From an uncultured virus (IMG/VR IMGVR_UViG_3300043429_001189) (lineage: Duplodnaviria; Heunggongvirae; Uroviricota; Caudoviricetes), in IMG/VR virus record IMGVR_UViG_3300043429_001189, positions 1-64,000 of that record: a stretch of 64,000 nucleotides of DNA, one strand, 5' to 3'. The notes under the pieces were generated by a model, which did not search any database, was not told the DNA's origin, and was given only the letters and a program-made list of their open reading frames with translations. Shown here one piece after another: positions 38,009 to 49,131 of the stretch. Position numbers and translations under genes: made by a program. Within the stretch, counting starts at the first letter, position 1. The number at the start of each line of letters is the position of its first letter.

Positions 38009-41000
38009 TTAGACTCTTTTGAGAGTGACTGACACAGTATATCCATAAGATTTTTTGGTATCTAAAGTTTTGGTGACTGTGTAATTAAATTTGGATAATT
38101 GGGAAACTTGACAATCTTTATCAACTCTATATCCATTTGTTGTTTTTTCAGACTCAGATAAATTGCTCACAAAAACAGGAACATCATCTCTTTGAACAGA
38201 ATATAAAAATATGTTATTTACTTCATATAATGCAAGCAAATTTTCCCTTATGTAAATATCTTTAAGTGTATCTAATTCGCTTTCAGTAAGATTTAATCCT
38301 AAATTTGTGTTTAACCAATTAAATTCATCAAAATTACTATAACTTATATTTTCCTTAATAAATCTTATTAATCTTTCTTGTAGTGCTAATTCAATAAATA
38401 ATCTAGGCCTAGATACATTAATTTGTGCAGTTAAACCATTACTAATTGCAGGCTGTAATACAGTAAAAGTAATTTCATTAGGCAAAAATGTTTGAACATC
38501 TAAGCTTTTTGGTATTATCATAGCCTTAGATGCCATAAATGTTTTAAATTCTTTCATTTCATTATATCCGTCAATATCTACATAATTGTTTAAATCTATA
38601 TACTTTCTAAAATATTTTGCATCCCAAGAACTGTTTAAAACATTAATATTTTTACGGTCAACCGCAACTTCATGTATAAATTCATAAACACTTTTATATG
38701 CAGAGTTAACAGGTATTTTTAAAATTTCTTCATCAGCTACTTTATTTATTCCATAGTTTCTAATTACACCAGAATATGTAGGTAAACTACTAATTCGGGT
38801 ATTTGCCAATAAGAAATCTTTTTCAAAATGATTTGTAACCGATTCATCTTCGCGAACCCAAAAAGATATAATATCCATTGATTTAGGCTCATAATATCCT
38901 CTGTGCCTAATAACAACTTCGTTTTGATTTGTATTAACAATATTATATCCAATTACATTTACGTTTGCGTATTGCGGCGGCCTGTCTTGATCTACTATAT
39001 AATTTAAAACACCTTTTTTAATTATCTGATCTGCTGCAATAATTGTAAGTTTAAAATCTTGTGCTTCTACTTTGCCATTATCTGTTACTTTGTAATATTT
39101 AACAAGAGGGCTGGAATCATTAATATTTTTTTTAATATTAGCAAATGTAAATAAATTTTTTGTATTTTGATAAAAACCTATTCCACCTCCTATATTAAAT
39201 GTTTCAAGTGTTAAAAAAGGATAAGAATTGTTTGGGTAAGTAAAAGTATTTAAACCTTCGCTGTTTCCAAATGATGTGATTGAATTTTTAAAATATTGAT
39301 ATCTTAAAGGCGAAGATATTCCTAAGCTGTTTATTAAAATTGTATCTGAAGACTTTCTTGTATCAGTAAAGTCATATGTAAAATATGTGGATGTACTGTC
39401 AGAAAAGCCAGTTGATATAAATTTATTTAAAAACCCTTCAAATGAAAAACTATTTGGCACAATTCTTGTTGAAGCTATATCATAAATAAAAGGATATGAT
39501 GAGTCTAAACTAATTGGGTATTTATTAATAAAAGGATTTACTTCATCAGATACCGAAAAAGGATAATATGTATCTGAAGAATTTAAAAAGAATGTTAAAT
39601 AATCGGATGTAGAATTATATGATGGCAAAACATTTGAAGTATCAATGACCCCACTTAATTTAGGATCACCTTCTTGTATGTACCCTCCACCAAAAAATAA
39701 TTGTCTTGGCCTATATGCTGCTTGCGCATCATAGCTGCTTCCTGTTACGCCGTAAGGAGCAACAGTCGAAATATTGGAACCAATTGCAGACGATATATTA
39801 AATTGCTGTTGATTATTATTTTTTAAATTATCCAACGCAGAATAATTAAATACATAATCTTGCAACCCTGATTGTGTTCTATAGTCGTGTGTTCTTTTGG
39901 TAATAATAATTAAAATTGACTTAAATTTATCATTTTTAATTATTTCTATTTCTAAAGGAGACTGTGTTTCATAAAAATTATATGGAACGGTTCTTTGTAT
40001 TGCAGCAAATTTATATTCATTATATTTAACAGAATTAGCTATTTCGGGCAAATCTATTTTGGAATCATCTATGTCAATAACCTGTATTTTGGCGCCTCTA
40101 AACAAAGTTTGTGGTCTTGGTATGCCTGGGTTAAGGGTTAAAAATGTAAATCTTTCTTCCCTGGGTTTAGGAATTAAATTGCCATAATAATCCTGTTCAG
40201 ACGGATAACCCACTGAAAAATATTTCAAAAACCAATCATTGCTATTATCCGTCATAATTAAATCATACCAAGACTTGTTATCATAAGCAATGTCGGACAA
40301 CTTCGCAAACATATACGACCTTGAAGATCCTAAAGATTCTTCTGGATAATCTTTAGGAACAGTGTCCAAATAAGGAAATTCATGTGATAATATGATGGGT
40401 TCAGCAAAATCCACGCTGTCATCAGGAGAAAAATTTGTTCTTCCAAATGCTCTTGACGTATTTAATCGATAATAATTATCTCTTGCATCCGTGCCTTCTT
40501 GCACCCATTTATTTATAAAAGGCACAACTCTTGACAATGTAGCAAAATCTTTGTTATAATTTTCTCTTAAACGATCATATTCACTTAATAATTGTTGACG
40601 CAAAAATGCTTCTACATATTTTCCTTCATCTTTTAATCTTGTTATTTCTTGTTGGTCATTAATATTTAAAATGTCAGTTATGCCGACAAATCCTCCAAAT
40701 TCTTTGATATCATTATCCTTTGAATAATCAGATTTTTGAATATTAAGATACGGTAAACCAGCTCCACCTAAATATCTAATTCTAAATTTTTTAACATCAA
40801 TAGTAGTTATACTGTTATCAGGATTTTTATTTGAAACTAATGACCTTTCAAAATTTCTATAACCCGATCCTCTTATTAAATACTCACTACCATCATCATA
40901 TTTTTGCGGATGCTCATATGTGTCATAGTGATAAAAAGGTGTATAAGTATTAATTAAAAAGCCTGTTTCGGATGAAACCGAAGTAACTGAAACGGTTGAT

Positions 41001-44000
41001 AAGTTATCCCATGTAGATGTTATTTCATTAAAACCTTCAAAAGAAAATTGATATGAACCAAATGATGGCATTTTTTTAATTCCACCAGGATCTGACGGAT
41101 CAATGATTTGAGGTAAAAGAACATAATTTTCATCCGAAGATAACTCTAAATATTCATTTTCACCAATTGATTCATTCAAAAAATATCTAAAAGTTTCAAG
41201 AATAGGTGAATATGAATAATCTGATAAAAAGAAGTCAAAATCAAATTCTTTAATAGGAAACATCGAAAATAAACCTATTGTAGGTCTATACATTTCATAT
41301 GCCACTATTCTTTTTTCATCCGATAGATAAAATTCTTGTGATGCGTCATTTATCTCTATTATAGAATAAGTGTTTTTTTCATTAAATGCACTTATTAAAT
41401 TTTTATTATCAAATATAGGCTCGTCTAAATACGGTAATGAATAAACGTATTTTCCTTGAACGTTCCAAGGTAATAAACGTGAATACTGACTTTTTGCTGT
41501 TTGGAACCATTGTTGCAAAAATAATTCATTATTTAATATAGAAAGGTTCCCAAATGATAAATTAAAGTTTCCAGTTTCTGTTGCTGTATTATTTATTGTT
41601 ACAGACTTCGTATTTTGATTAATTTGTAAAACATAGCTATTTACAGGTATGCCTGTTCCTGAAACTGCTCCTCCTACATATATTCCTTCTGTTGTACTAA
41701 CATTAATTATATTGCTACCAAGTGAAATTCCTGTTAAAATTTCACTTTTATTGTTTTGAAAATATCTTTCCCCATCCAATTTTGCAATTCTTGCTCTAGA
41801 CCTCCTTCTTTGTGCACCTCCAATAAATAATTGCGAAGCATTGGTGTCAACTGTTAATTTAATAACAAAATTTTGATACGAGCCTAAAGAAATGTTACTC
41901 GTATCTATTGAAAACGGAATTGTGGTATCGGAAAAATTACTATTAGTTGTAAAGAAAGAATAGTAAGTACCTGTATTTTGTATTGTGCTGACATTAAGAG
42001 CATTAACATCTGATCTTATAATTATATTTGCTCCTGATGAAGTTTTTAATATTTTAACAAAATAAAAAGTATCGCCTGCAATGTTAGGATTATTAACAAT
42101 ATTTAATCCTATACTTTCATTAGACGTTAATCCAGCATAAGATACTGTGGAAATATTAGTTGCTACTTTTACGTTTCCATTTTCATAAAAACCTAAATTA
42201 TTTATATAGCTTTTTCCGCTAATCATATGCCTTTTAAACTCTATGGTATTGCCATCTAATGGTTTAAGTTTAGATTTTAAAATTATTTTATTGTCTTCAG
42301 CTAATGCATATGCAGGTGAATTATCAAATGAATTTATACAATTAGATATTGCTTTTGCAATGTCATTAACATTTCCATCATTGCTGAAGTTTGATATCCA
42401 ATCATATCCGTTTGGATCTTGTACAGGAAATGCCCAAGATTTACCTTTTTGCAATCCCGTAGGATTTGCAAACATTTTCCATCTAAACTGTTTAAACTGT
42501 TCCTTTATTATTACGTTAAGTCCTGATGATCCATTTAAAACTGATAATGTGTATTTAGGGTATTCTATTATAATTTCGTAAGAATCCAATAAAGCATAAT
42601 TTGAGCTATTTCCTGAATATCCTTGTTCTAAATCTAAAGATATGTTTGTATCAATATCCAATTTATAGCTTAAAGCAGTGTATGCATACGTTGCAATTCC
42701 AGTAGGATAAGAACCTACTAACGCATTTGCATTAATGGTTGTTCCTTGTGCAGAATTTTCAGGATTACCTAAATTTTTAATTTCAGCTGATGTAGAAGAA
42801 ATTAAATTAACTATTTTATAAAAACCTCCTGATACAATAAAAATTGTTTCATTTTCAACTAAATCTTGTGTGCTATCAAATGAAGCTGTTACGTTTTCAC
42901 CAACATTTGGTTGAACAAACGAAGATGATAATGAAGTTACAGATTGATCTTGGAAAAAAGTAAATGAAGTTGCCGTTCCTCCTACAGCAGAAACTTGAAA
43001 ATAATATTGTGAATTTTTGTCTGTGTTATTATAATTCTTAACATTTATTTCTAAACATTCGTCATCAGCAATTATACTTCCATTATTTCCTTGATCTATC
43101 AGATTAATAATCAATTGTGACTGTCCTTCGTTTAGCAACAAGGCATCATTTTGTGAGATCATTTGTATAGGTCCTCCATATTTACTGATGTCTTCTTGTG
43201 TGTCAAAGAGTTTGACTTGTGTTACTCTTTTATAATCGGTAGTCCCAGTAAAACCGTAATCAACTTCAGACAAAGAAATTGCTCTTTTAAAAACATCATC
43301 TCTATCTTTAATATAAAAGATCCTTAAAGGATCATCAACCATTGCAGGTAAAGGAAACTTTCCTATTACATTTCCTTGATAAAAAGGAATTGATGATGTA
43401 TTGTTATTAAAAGAAGTGTTATGGTAATATTCAATAGGTAATTGTATTCCGTTTGGATTAGATTGAACAAAACTTCTTGTTGAATATGGCTCACCGTCAA
43501 CACCAGGTTTTGGTGGTGGAGACTGATTAGGTATTTTTCCTAACACTGACGAAGCTAATTCAAATTCAGCTAATTGAATTTCAGATACATATAATCCAAA
43601 ATATCTATTAATTGAATAAATATTTGCCTCAGGATCATCAAATAAAAATTCTAAATTAATTAAATTTGTGCTAATTATGCCATTTCGTTCAAATCCGTTG
43701 GTGATAAAATTTTCAAATTCTTTAATCGGTTTATCCGTTGTCCAAAAATCATTTAACAATTCTCCTTTTCCAGCAATAGTTCCGCTTTTATAAACTATAC
43801 CATTCCATACAGTTGAAGCGTCTTCATCAAAACTTACTTCGATAGGACGTTCGATAAATCTTGGATCATTAACAATTTTTCTAATGTATTTACCTAATTT
43901 AGAGGTATCTCGCATATCAAATGTTTTAATTATACGAGCATCTTTAAATACATCTTTAAACAAATCATCAACGCTACCTTCATTATACGTTACTAAAGAT

Positions 44001-45481
44001 AGCGGATGTTCTACTCTAAAAATTACAAAATAATCAGGCAAAACTTTTCTCATCCACAAAGGAGCTAAGAAAGACAAATCTTCGTCATAAAATTTACTTC
44101 CTAATTGTTCTACGCCATAATTATAAAAATTATCATATTGCTGAAATAAAGATGTTTTTGTACTTTGATAATCTTCATCAGCTTGAAATAAATCAAAAAC
44201 AACCTCTTCAGGTGTGTCTTTAAAAAATGTATATAAATCTTTTTGATATGTAGATTCAGGACTAATAGTGAATCTTTTATATCGGCTATCTGATAATTGA
44301 GAGTTTGCATCAAACGAATTTAATGAAAGTTCTCCTTTAGAATCAACTGTCAGTTTAACATTTCCTGATAATTTAGGATTTGACTTTAATAAAGCATAAG
44401 AGCTTCTATCATCATATACGGTATTGGATGTATTTTTATTATTTTGATATGTTGTTCTTGAAGTTCTTACAGTAGTTTCGGCATATCCAAATATATGGAG
44501 TTCTTGATAATCAATGTTATCAGAGAACTCAGTAGGAATCATAGAAACATTTCCAGATTTTAATCCTAAAAATTCTGAAGCAAAACTATTAGGGTTATTT
44601 GGTCCTGTTATACTTTCAGGCATTATCACAGGAAATGCTTGTGATAACGGGCCAAAACTAGGATTATACCTAAAAATAAGAATATTTAATTTAAGATGAC
44701 TGTCATTATTGCCTTCATAATCTATTCTTACAGTAATACCTCTATTTTTATCAAGTTCGGGTGATGATGAAATAATTTTTGATGAGCTGAAGCCCAATAA
44801 ATCCCTGGAAACAAAGCCTGTTCCAGTAAATCCACCAACAGAACTTCCTGTTGGATTATATGCTGTGCCATCAAACGGATTTATAACTGAACTATAATCA
44901 ATAGCTGTACCTGTTGCTGGAACACTATACACTAAATTTTCAAGTTCGCCTAATGAAACTGTGTTAAATTTCCAATTTTCTTTATCAACTTCAGAATAAA
45001 ATCCTACATTAATGTTTTTACTTGACAAAGATCCAGTTGCACCAACAAATGGTTCAGAACCACCAGTTGGTCCTGTCAAAGAAACTTTTGTTACAATACC
45101 GGATAATGTATTTAGGTATTCAACTTTTTCAATTATAACAGGCCCTTCGCTATTAGGTAAAAAATCTTGAGTATTTTTAACATATAATCCAGGGCCTATA
45201 TTATTAAAACCAAGAGTATTAACAGTTGATAAATCTTGATCAATAAAACCTTGTGATGTTAGGTTGCATTGCCCTCCTATTGCAGAAGTTTGAGAAATTT
45301 CAAATGTTCCTACACTTTCAAATGTACGAGTATTTGGATAAAAAAGGACATAAAGTGTTTCATCTTGTGCAAGTACGTCATCATTTCTATTAATAGTTAA
45401 AAATGTTGACGATTTTCCTTGCATTACAACTTCACGTTCAAAATCTATGTTGTAAAAATTAGGACCGTTTATATTACTCAT
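38009..45481 (-). CDS. Very large virion structural protein (2490 aa, baseplate/tail-associated)
   Basis: Long Asn/Ser-rich ORF in the structural operon. It has a VSGTGIP...I..S.TIN module also seen in the 57838 protein. Confidence 0.6.
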   Translation of the reverse strand: MSNINGPNFYNIDFEREVVMQGKSSTFLTINRNDDVLAQDETLYVLFYPNTRTFESVGTFEISQTSAIGGQCNLTSQGFIDQDLSTVNTLGFNNIGPGLYVKNTQDFLPNSEGPVIIEKVEYLNTLSGIVTKVSLTGPTGGSEPFVGATGSLSSKNINVGFYSEVDKENWKFNTVSLGELENLVYSVPATGTAIDYSSVINPFDGTAYNPTGSSVGGFTGTGFVSRDLLGFSSSKIISSSPELDKNRGITVRIDYEGNNDSHLKLNILIFRYNPSFGPLSQAFPVIMPESITGPNNPNSFASEFLGLKSGNVSMIPTEFSDNIDYQELHIFGYAETTVRTSRTTYQNNKNTSNTVYDDRSSYALLKSNPKLSGNVKLTVDSKGELSLNSFDANSQLSDSRYKRFTISPESTYQKDLYTFFKDTPEEVVFDLFQADEDYQSTKTSLFQQYDNFYNYGVEQLGSKFYDEDLSFLAPLWMRKVLPDYFVIFRVEHPLSLVTYNEGSVDDLFKDVFKDARIIKTFDMRDTSKLGKYIRKIVNDPRFIERPIEVSFDEDASTVWNGIVYKSGTIAGKGELLNDFWTTDKPIKEFENFITNGFERNGIISTNLINLEFLFDDPEANIYSINRYFGLYVSEIQLAEFELASSVLGKIPNQSPPPKPGVDGEPYSTRSFVQSNPNGIQLPIEYYHNTSFNNNTSSIPFYQGNVIGKFPLPAMVDDPLRIFYIKDRDDVFKRAISLSEVDYGFTGTTDYKRVTQVKLFDTQEDISKYGGPIQMISQNDALLLNEGQSQLIINLIDQGNNGSIIADDECLEINVKNYNNTDKNSQYYFQVSAVGGTATSFTFFQDQSVTSLSSSFVQPNVGENVTASFDSTQDLVENETIFIVSGGFYKIVNLISSTSAEIKNLGNPENSAQGTTINANALVGSYPTGIATYAYTALSYKLDIDTNISLDLEQGYSGNSSNYALLDSYEIIIEYPKYTLSVLNGSSGLNVIIKEQFKQFRWKMFANPTGLQKGKSWAFPVQDPNGYDWISNFSNDGNVNDIAKAISNCINSFDNSPAYALAEDNKIILKSKLKPLDGNTIEFKRHMISGKSYINNLGFYENGNVKVATNISTVSYAGLTSNESIGLNIVNNPNIAGDTFYFVKILKTSSGANIIIRSDVNALNVSTIQNTGTYYSFFTTNSNFSDTTIPFSIDTSNISLGSYQNFVIKLTVDTNASQLFIGGAQRRRSRARIAKLDGERYFQNNKSEILTGISLGSNIINVSTTEGIYVGGAVSGTGIPVNSYVLQINQNTKSVTINNTATETGNFNLSFGNLSILNNELFLQQWFQTAKSQYSRLLPWNVQGKYVYSLPYLDEPIFDNKNLISAFNEKNTYSIIEINDASQEFYLSDEKRIVAYEMYRPTIGLFSMFPIKEFDFDFFLSDYSYSPILETFRYFLNESIGENEYLELSSDENYVLLPQIIDPSDPGGIKKMPSFGSYQFSFEGFNEITSTWDNLSTVSVTSVSSETGFLINTYTPFYHYDTYEHPQKYDDGSEYLIRGSGYRNFERSLVSNKNPDNSITTIDVKKFRIRYLGGAGLPYLNIQKSDYSKDNDIKEFGGFVGITDILNINDQQEITRLKDEGKYVEAFLRQQLLSEYDRLRENYNKDFATLSRVVPFINKWVQEGTDARDNYYRLNTSRAFGRTNFSPDDSVDFAEPIILSHEFPYLDTVPKDYPEESLGSSRSYMFAKLSDIAYDNKSWYDLIMTDNSNDWFLKYFSVGYPSEQDYYGNLIPKPREERFTFLTLNPGIPRPQTLFRGAKIQVIDIDDSKIDLPEIANSVKYNEYKFAAIQRTVPYNFYETQSPLEIEIIKNDKFKSILIIITKRTHDYRTQSGLQDYVFNYSALDNLKNNNQQQFNISSAIGSNISTVAPYGVTGSSYDAQAAYRPRQLFFGGGYIQEGDPKLSGVIDTSNVLPSYNSTSDYLTFFLNSSDTYYPFSVSDEVNPFINKYPISLDSSYPFIYDIASTRIVPNSFSFEGFLNKFISTGFSDSTSTYFTYDFTDTRKSSDTILINSLGISSPLRYQYFKNSITSFGNSEGLNTFTYPNNSYPFLTLETFNIGGGIGFYQNTKNLFTFANIKKNINDSSPLVKYYKVTDNGKVEAQDFKLTIIAADQIIKKGVLNYIVDQDRPPQYANVNVIGYNIVNTNQNEVVIRHRGYYEPKSMDIISFWVREDESVTNHFEKDFLLANTRISSLPTYSGVIRNYGINKVADEEILKIPVNSAYKSVYEFIHEVAVDRKNINVLNSSWDAKYFRKYIDLNNYVDIDGYNEMKEFKTFMASKAMIIPKSLDVQTFLPNEITFTVLQPAISNGLTAQINVSRPRLFIELALQERLIRFIKENISYSNFDEFNWLNTNLGLNLTESELDTLKDIYIRENLLALYEVNNIFLYSVQRDDVPVFVSNLSESEKTTNGYRVDKDCQVSQLSKFNYTVTKTLDTKKSYGYTVSVTLKRV

Positions 45482-45494
45482 TATACATTAATTT

Positions 45495-48400
45495 TTATAC
45501 ATTTGAGCGGAAAAGCGATTGAACACTTTCTTTTGTAAATGATATGTTTTCGACCACTTGTGCCACTTCAGGAACTGATTGTGCATCAACAAGAGCAATG
45601 CTGTCTTTTTTGTATGTTGAAGTCACTTGAACATCAAACGAAAATACAGGTTCATCTTGCTGGTAAATGTCAATACCTATTTTCTTAGTGTATGATAAAT
45701 TTCGCAATGTTCCAACCCTTTGAGGATCATATCCTCCAAGTATTCCTAAACCGCCAGCAATTACACTTGTAACTGTTGAAGATATCCAAGGTCCAAAATA
45801 ATCAGTCATTCTGTATTGAAACACAATCGGAACAACTATTGCATTATCTGACCCAGGCTGAACGCTCTTATATGATCTTGCATCAACTCCATTAACCAAC
45901 AATTGATTAAATTGTGCAGGTCCTACAAAAAGATATGCTCCTACTGTTTGTGAACCTATTAAATATCTATCGTTATCAATAAATCCAAATTTGTTAGGCA
46001 ATTCATCAACAGATGATGGTGTGTAGGTTGATGGGAAAGGCGCTGATCCTGTTATATTAAGATTATTATCTTTGTAGCTAAGCTGTAAAGGCAAATATGA
46101 TGATAATCTTGCTGGTGCAGGTTCGTTAAAATAATTTGAATGTATAAACTCTGAAACAATCTCAGGCGCCTGCGGTAAACCAGTATTTGTGTTTAGATTA
46201 ACAGTAGGTAATTGGAGATTACTCATTGCTACTGTTGTGCCAACATTGTTAATAGCAGGATGCTGAATATGTACACAAAAATTTGTTAAATACCCATTTC
46301 CTGCTGCAGTATTTCCAGGAGTTACAGGAGAAACAACGTCCCACACCCACGGAGCGGTTGTTCCAAAAATACCCGATGCGGTTGTTCCAGGAATAGCAGT
46401 AATTCCCGTGTCACCAAGATCGGGAATGAAACTTCTTGTTGCTGTTTGTCCATAAATAGGATTAGTTAAACCTACATCGGTATATCTACTATATAAAAAT
46501 TGACCTAATAATTGTCCACTTTGATAAAATGAAGCAGATAATGTATTATCATTATTTGTATCTGTTGTATTTATACCTAAATTAACAATAGGAACATAAT
46601 CATATTTTCTATAATTATTATAATCTTGATCATTTACAGTAAATGATCCTCCTGTTGCTCCTGTTCCGCTGTAAGGAACCATTTGCCCAAATCCTCCTGG
46701 GAATCTTGATATTAATTTAAGAGGAGAAGCACTATCATTTTGCAGATATAAATAATATGTTTTAGTTAATATTGCGCCTCTTTGCTGCGCTGTTGGCAAA
46801 GAAGCAACTTGGTCTGCATAATATCCTGCAAATAAATTAACAGTAGAACCGTTTTGTACAGGTAATTTAGTATTGCTTTGATCATCAACCAAAAATATAG
46901 ATATTGGAGTAACCACTTCGTTTAAGCGATTTTCAAGATCTTGTATACGCAACTGCATTTCCTGTAACTTTTGATACAAAGATATAACGTTGCCGTCGGG
47001 TGTATAAAAATTTGAAGCAATTACATCCGCACTGTGAGCAAAATATTGTTCATTTGCTGTAAAAGAGGATGATAGGTGTTGATCCAAACCTTGTGCAGCT
47101 AAATCAGATTCAATGTCAACTTTTACCTTTTCTTGTGCCGCCTGCTGTAATGCAATTGTAGCTTCGTCTTCGGTAACCAAATCATTAGGAAATTCAAACG
47201 ATATTGTATTTGACGGCGAAGACAGAATTGGATTATTTGGCCATCCTGCCTCAGACACAGACACTACATAAAATTCAACTTTTTCTCCTTTAGATATAGG
47301 AATATCTATTTGATTAATATTGATAACATCAGGATTAGTTATATCCTCATTTGCCCAAACGTATTTTCCTGTATTGCCATCATATATTTTTTTACGAACC
47401 GGTGATTTATACTCGTTTAAAGCTGAAAATGATGCTCTTTGTTTTGATCCATTAGGATCGGTATAATCGAATTGCTTAATATCAGTTGCACTGCCGTCAG
47501 GCCTAACATATCTATAATAAGTTATAAATTGAATTACATTCTGCGCACCTGTTTTTTGACTGATAACAGGATTTGGTATTTGAAAAAATCCACGTAATCT
47601 ATATTTAGGCGTATCTAATGCAGCTGGTGCATTTTGTGCAGCAGAATTTAGATCAGCAACAATGGACGCATATAAAGATGATTGTGAAGTTTTTTGCTTA
47701 ATTGCTCTGTCTAACTTATTTATATCAGACTTTCTTTCATTCTCATTTGCATATTTTTTGGAATTAATTTTAGATTTTAGAAAATCAATCGATTTTTCCA
47801 ATTCATTAATTGTTTGCTGAACTTGTATTTTATCAGATTGTTTTTTTCTGATTGCTTCAATTTCTGCTTGATCTAACTTATGATCATTTATTTGAACAAC
47901 TTGAAAATTATTAATGTCAAGCACAGGAGCATTTGGAACTAATCCATCAAACGTAGAAATTGATCCATCTCTTGCGCTTGTTAATAAATAATTACCAAAA
48001 TCTAAAACAGAAGACTGATAAAAATCTTTGAGATTTGTGGTTCCAGTTGTTAATGAAATGTTTAAATCATTTGTAAAAAATCCAATGCCTGGTGACCAAG
48101 TTGTTGATAATAAATTTGCTTCATCGTTAATTGTTCTAAAAAATACAACAGTGTACTCATTATATCCTATCCCAACATTAATTAATTTAGGCGAAAATGT
48201 TTCTGAATAAAATTGAACATTTTCGCCAATAACTATCGGTTCGTATCCGCTTATTCTTGTCACTCTCACGTATCTTGTTGAGCTATCAATTTCAGCTATT
48301 TCATAAATAGTTTCGCCTTTAATTAATTTATCGCCGACCTTTAAAGTCATAGAATCTACAGATAATGATAAATTATCAGTATAAGTTAATTTATCAAACA

Positions 48401-49112
48401 GATAAAATCTTTTTGTTGAAGTGGTGCCATCGGAATTAGTGTATGTTCTATCTTCATAATTAACAGGCAAAAAAGATCCTGTATAACGAACAACTGATAA
48501 CGGCAAATCATTTACGCCTTCATCTAAAAAATATGTTATACCTTGTTTTTGTAAGTCAACCAATAAGTTAACATAATTTATATTATTTTTTCCTTGGATG
48601 TTATTTTGAAAATACTCAAGTTGTGTTTGATTGCTAATGTTTAGAATCATCCTTTTCACAAACACCTTGGATTCTTCTTGCGGAATATAACGTGTTACAT
48701 CAAAACTTACTTTTAACGCAGGACTCATCAGGTTTTCAAAAAACCAATTATTCTCTGAAATAAAAGTTGATGGAACAGCAACTTCTCCGATTGGAGAAGG
48801 ATTAACAGGAGTTTTTGCTTGATAGATTTTTTTATAAGTGCCATCAGGTTGTCTTATAAAAGCATCACTGCCGTCAAACCCCAACATTTTTGATATCGTG
48901 TTGTCAATCCTGTCTATGCTGGATTTAAGATATCCAAAAGAAGGTATTGAGTACGTTGATGTTGTTCCGTCATTTTCTTTGACCGAAATTTGAACTGTTT
49001 CAGAAACAGAAACAGTTGCTTGTTGCAACTGTTGCAATGTTTCTAATGAATTATTTTGCAGTCTAACAAAATCAGCAAGAACTGAGGATAAACTATTATT
49101 TGTGTCAGCCAT
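45495..49112 (-). CDS. Large virion structural protein (1205 aa)
   Basis: Structural operon context, coiled-coil segments and beta-rich regions. Confidence 0.55.
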   Translation of the reverse strand: MADTNNSLSSVLADFVRLQNNSLETLQQLQQATVSVSETVQISVKENDGTTSTYSIPSFGYLKSSIDRIDNTISKMLGFDGSDAFIRQPDGTYKKIYQAKTPVNPSPIGEVAVPSTFISENNWFFENLMSPALKVSFDVTRYIPQEESKVFVKRMILNISNQTQLEYFQNNIQGKNNINYVNLLVDLQKQGITYFLDEGVNDLPLSVVRYTGSFLPVNYEDRTYTNSDGTTSTKRFYLFDKLTYTDNLSLSVDSMTLKVGDKLIKGETIYEIAEIDSSTRYVRVTRISGYEPIVIGENVQFYSETFSPKLINVGIGYNEYTVVFFRTINDEANLLSTTWSPGIGFFTNDLNISLTTGTTNLKDFYQSSVLDFGNYLLTSARDGSISTFDGLVPNAPVLDINNFQVVQINDHKLDQAEIEAIRKKQSDKIQVQQTINELEKSIDFLKSKINSKKYANENERKSDINKLDRAIKQKTSQSSLYASIVADLNSAAQNAPAALDTPKYRLRGFFQIPNPVISQKTGAQNVIQFITYYRYVRPDGSATDIKQFDYTDPNGSKQRASFSALNEYKSPVRKKIYDGNTGKYVWANEDITNPDVININQIDIPISKGEKVEFYVVSVSEAGWPNNPILSSPSNTISFEFPNDLVTEDEATIALQQAAQEKVKVDIESDLAAQGLDQHLSSSFTANEQYFAHSADVIASNFYTPDGNVISLYQKLQEMQLRIQDLENRLNEVVTPISIFLVDDQSNTKLPVQNGSTVNLFAGYYADQVASLPTAQQRGAILTKTYYLYLQNDSASPLKLISRFPGGFGQMVPYSGTGATGGSFTVNDQDYNNYRKYDYVPIVNLGINTTDTNNDNTLSASFYQSGQLLGQFLYSRYTDVGLTNPIYGQTATRSFIPDLGDTGITAIPGTTASGIFGTTAPWVWDVVSPVTPGNTAAGNGYLTNFCVHIQHPAINNVGTTVAMSNLQLPTVNLNTNTGLPQAPEIVSEFIHSNYFNEPAPARLSSYLPLQLSYKDNNLNITGSAPFPSTYTPSSVDELPNKFGFIDNDRYLIGSQTVGAYLFVGPAQFNQLLVNGVDARSYKSVQPGSDNAIVVPIVFQYRMTDYFGPWISSTVTSVIAGGLGILGGYDPQRVGTLRNLSYTKKIGIDIYQQDEPVFSFDVQVTSTYKKDSIALVDAQSVPEVAQVVENISFTKESVQSLFRSNV

Positions 49113-49131
49113 TTTTTAAATTTTTATTCTT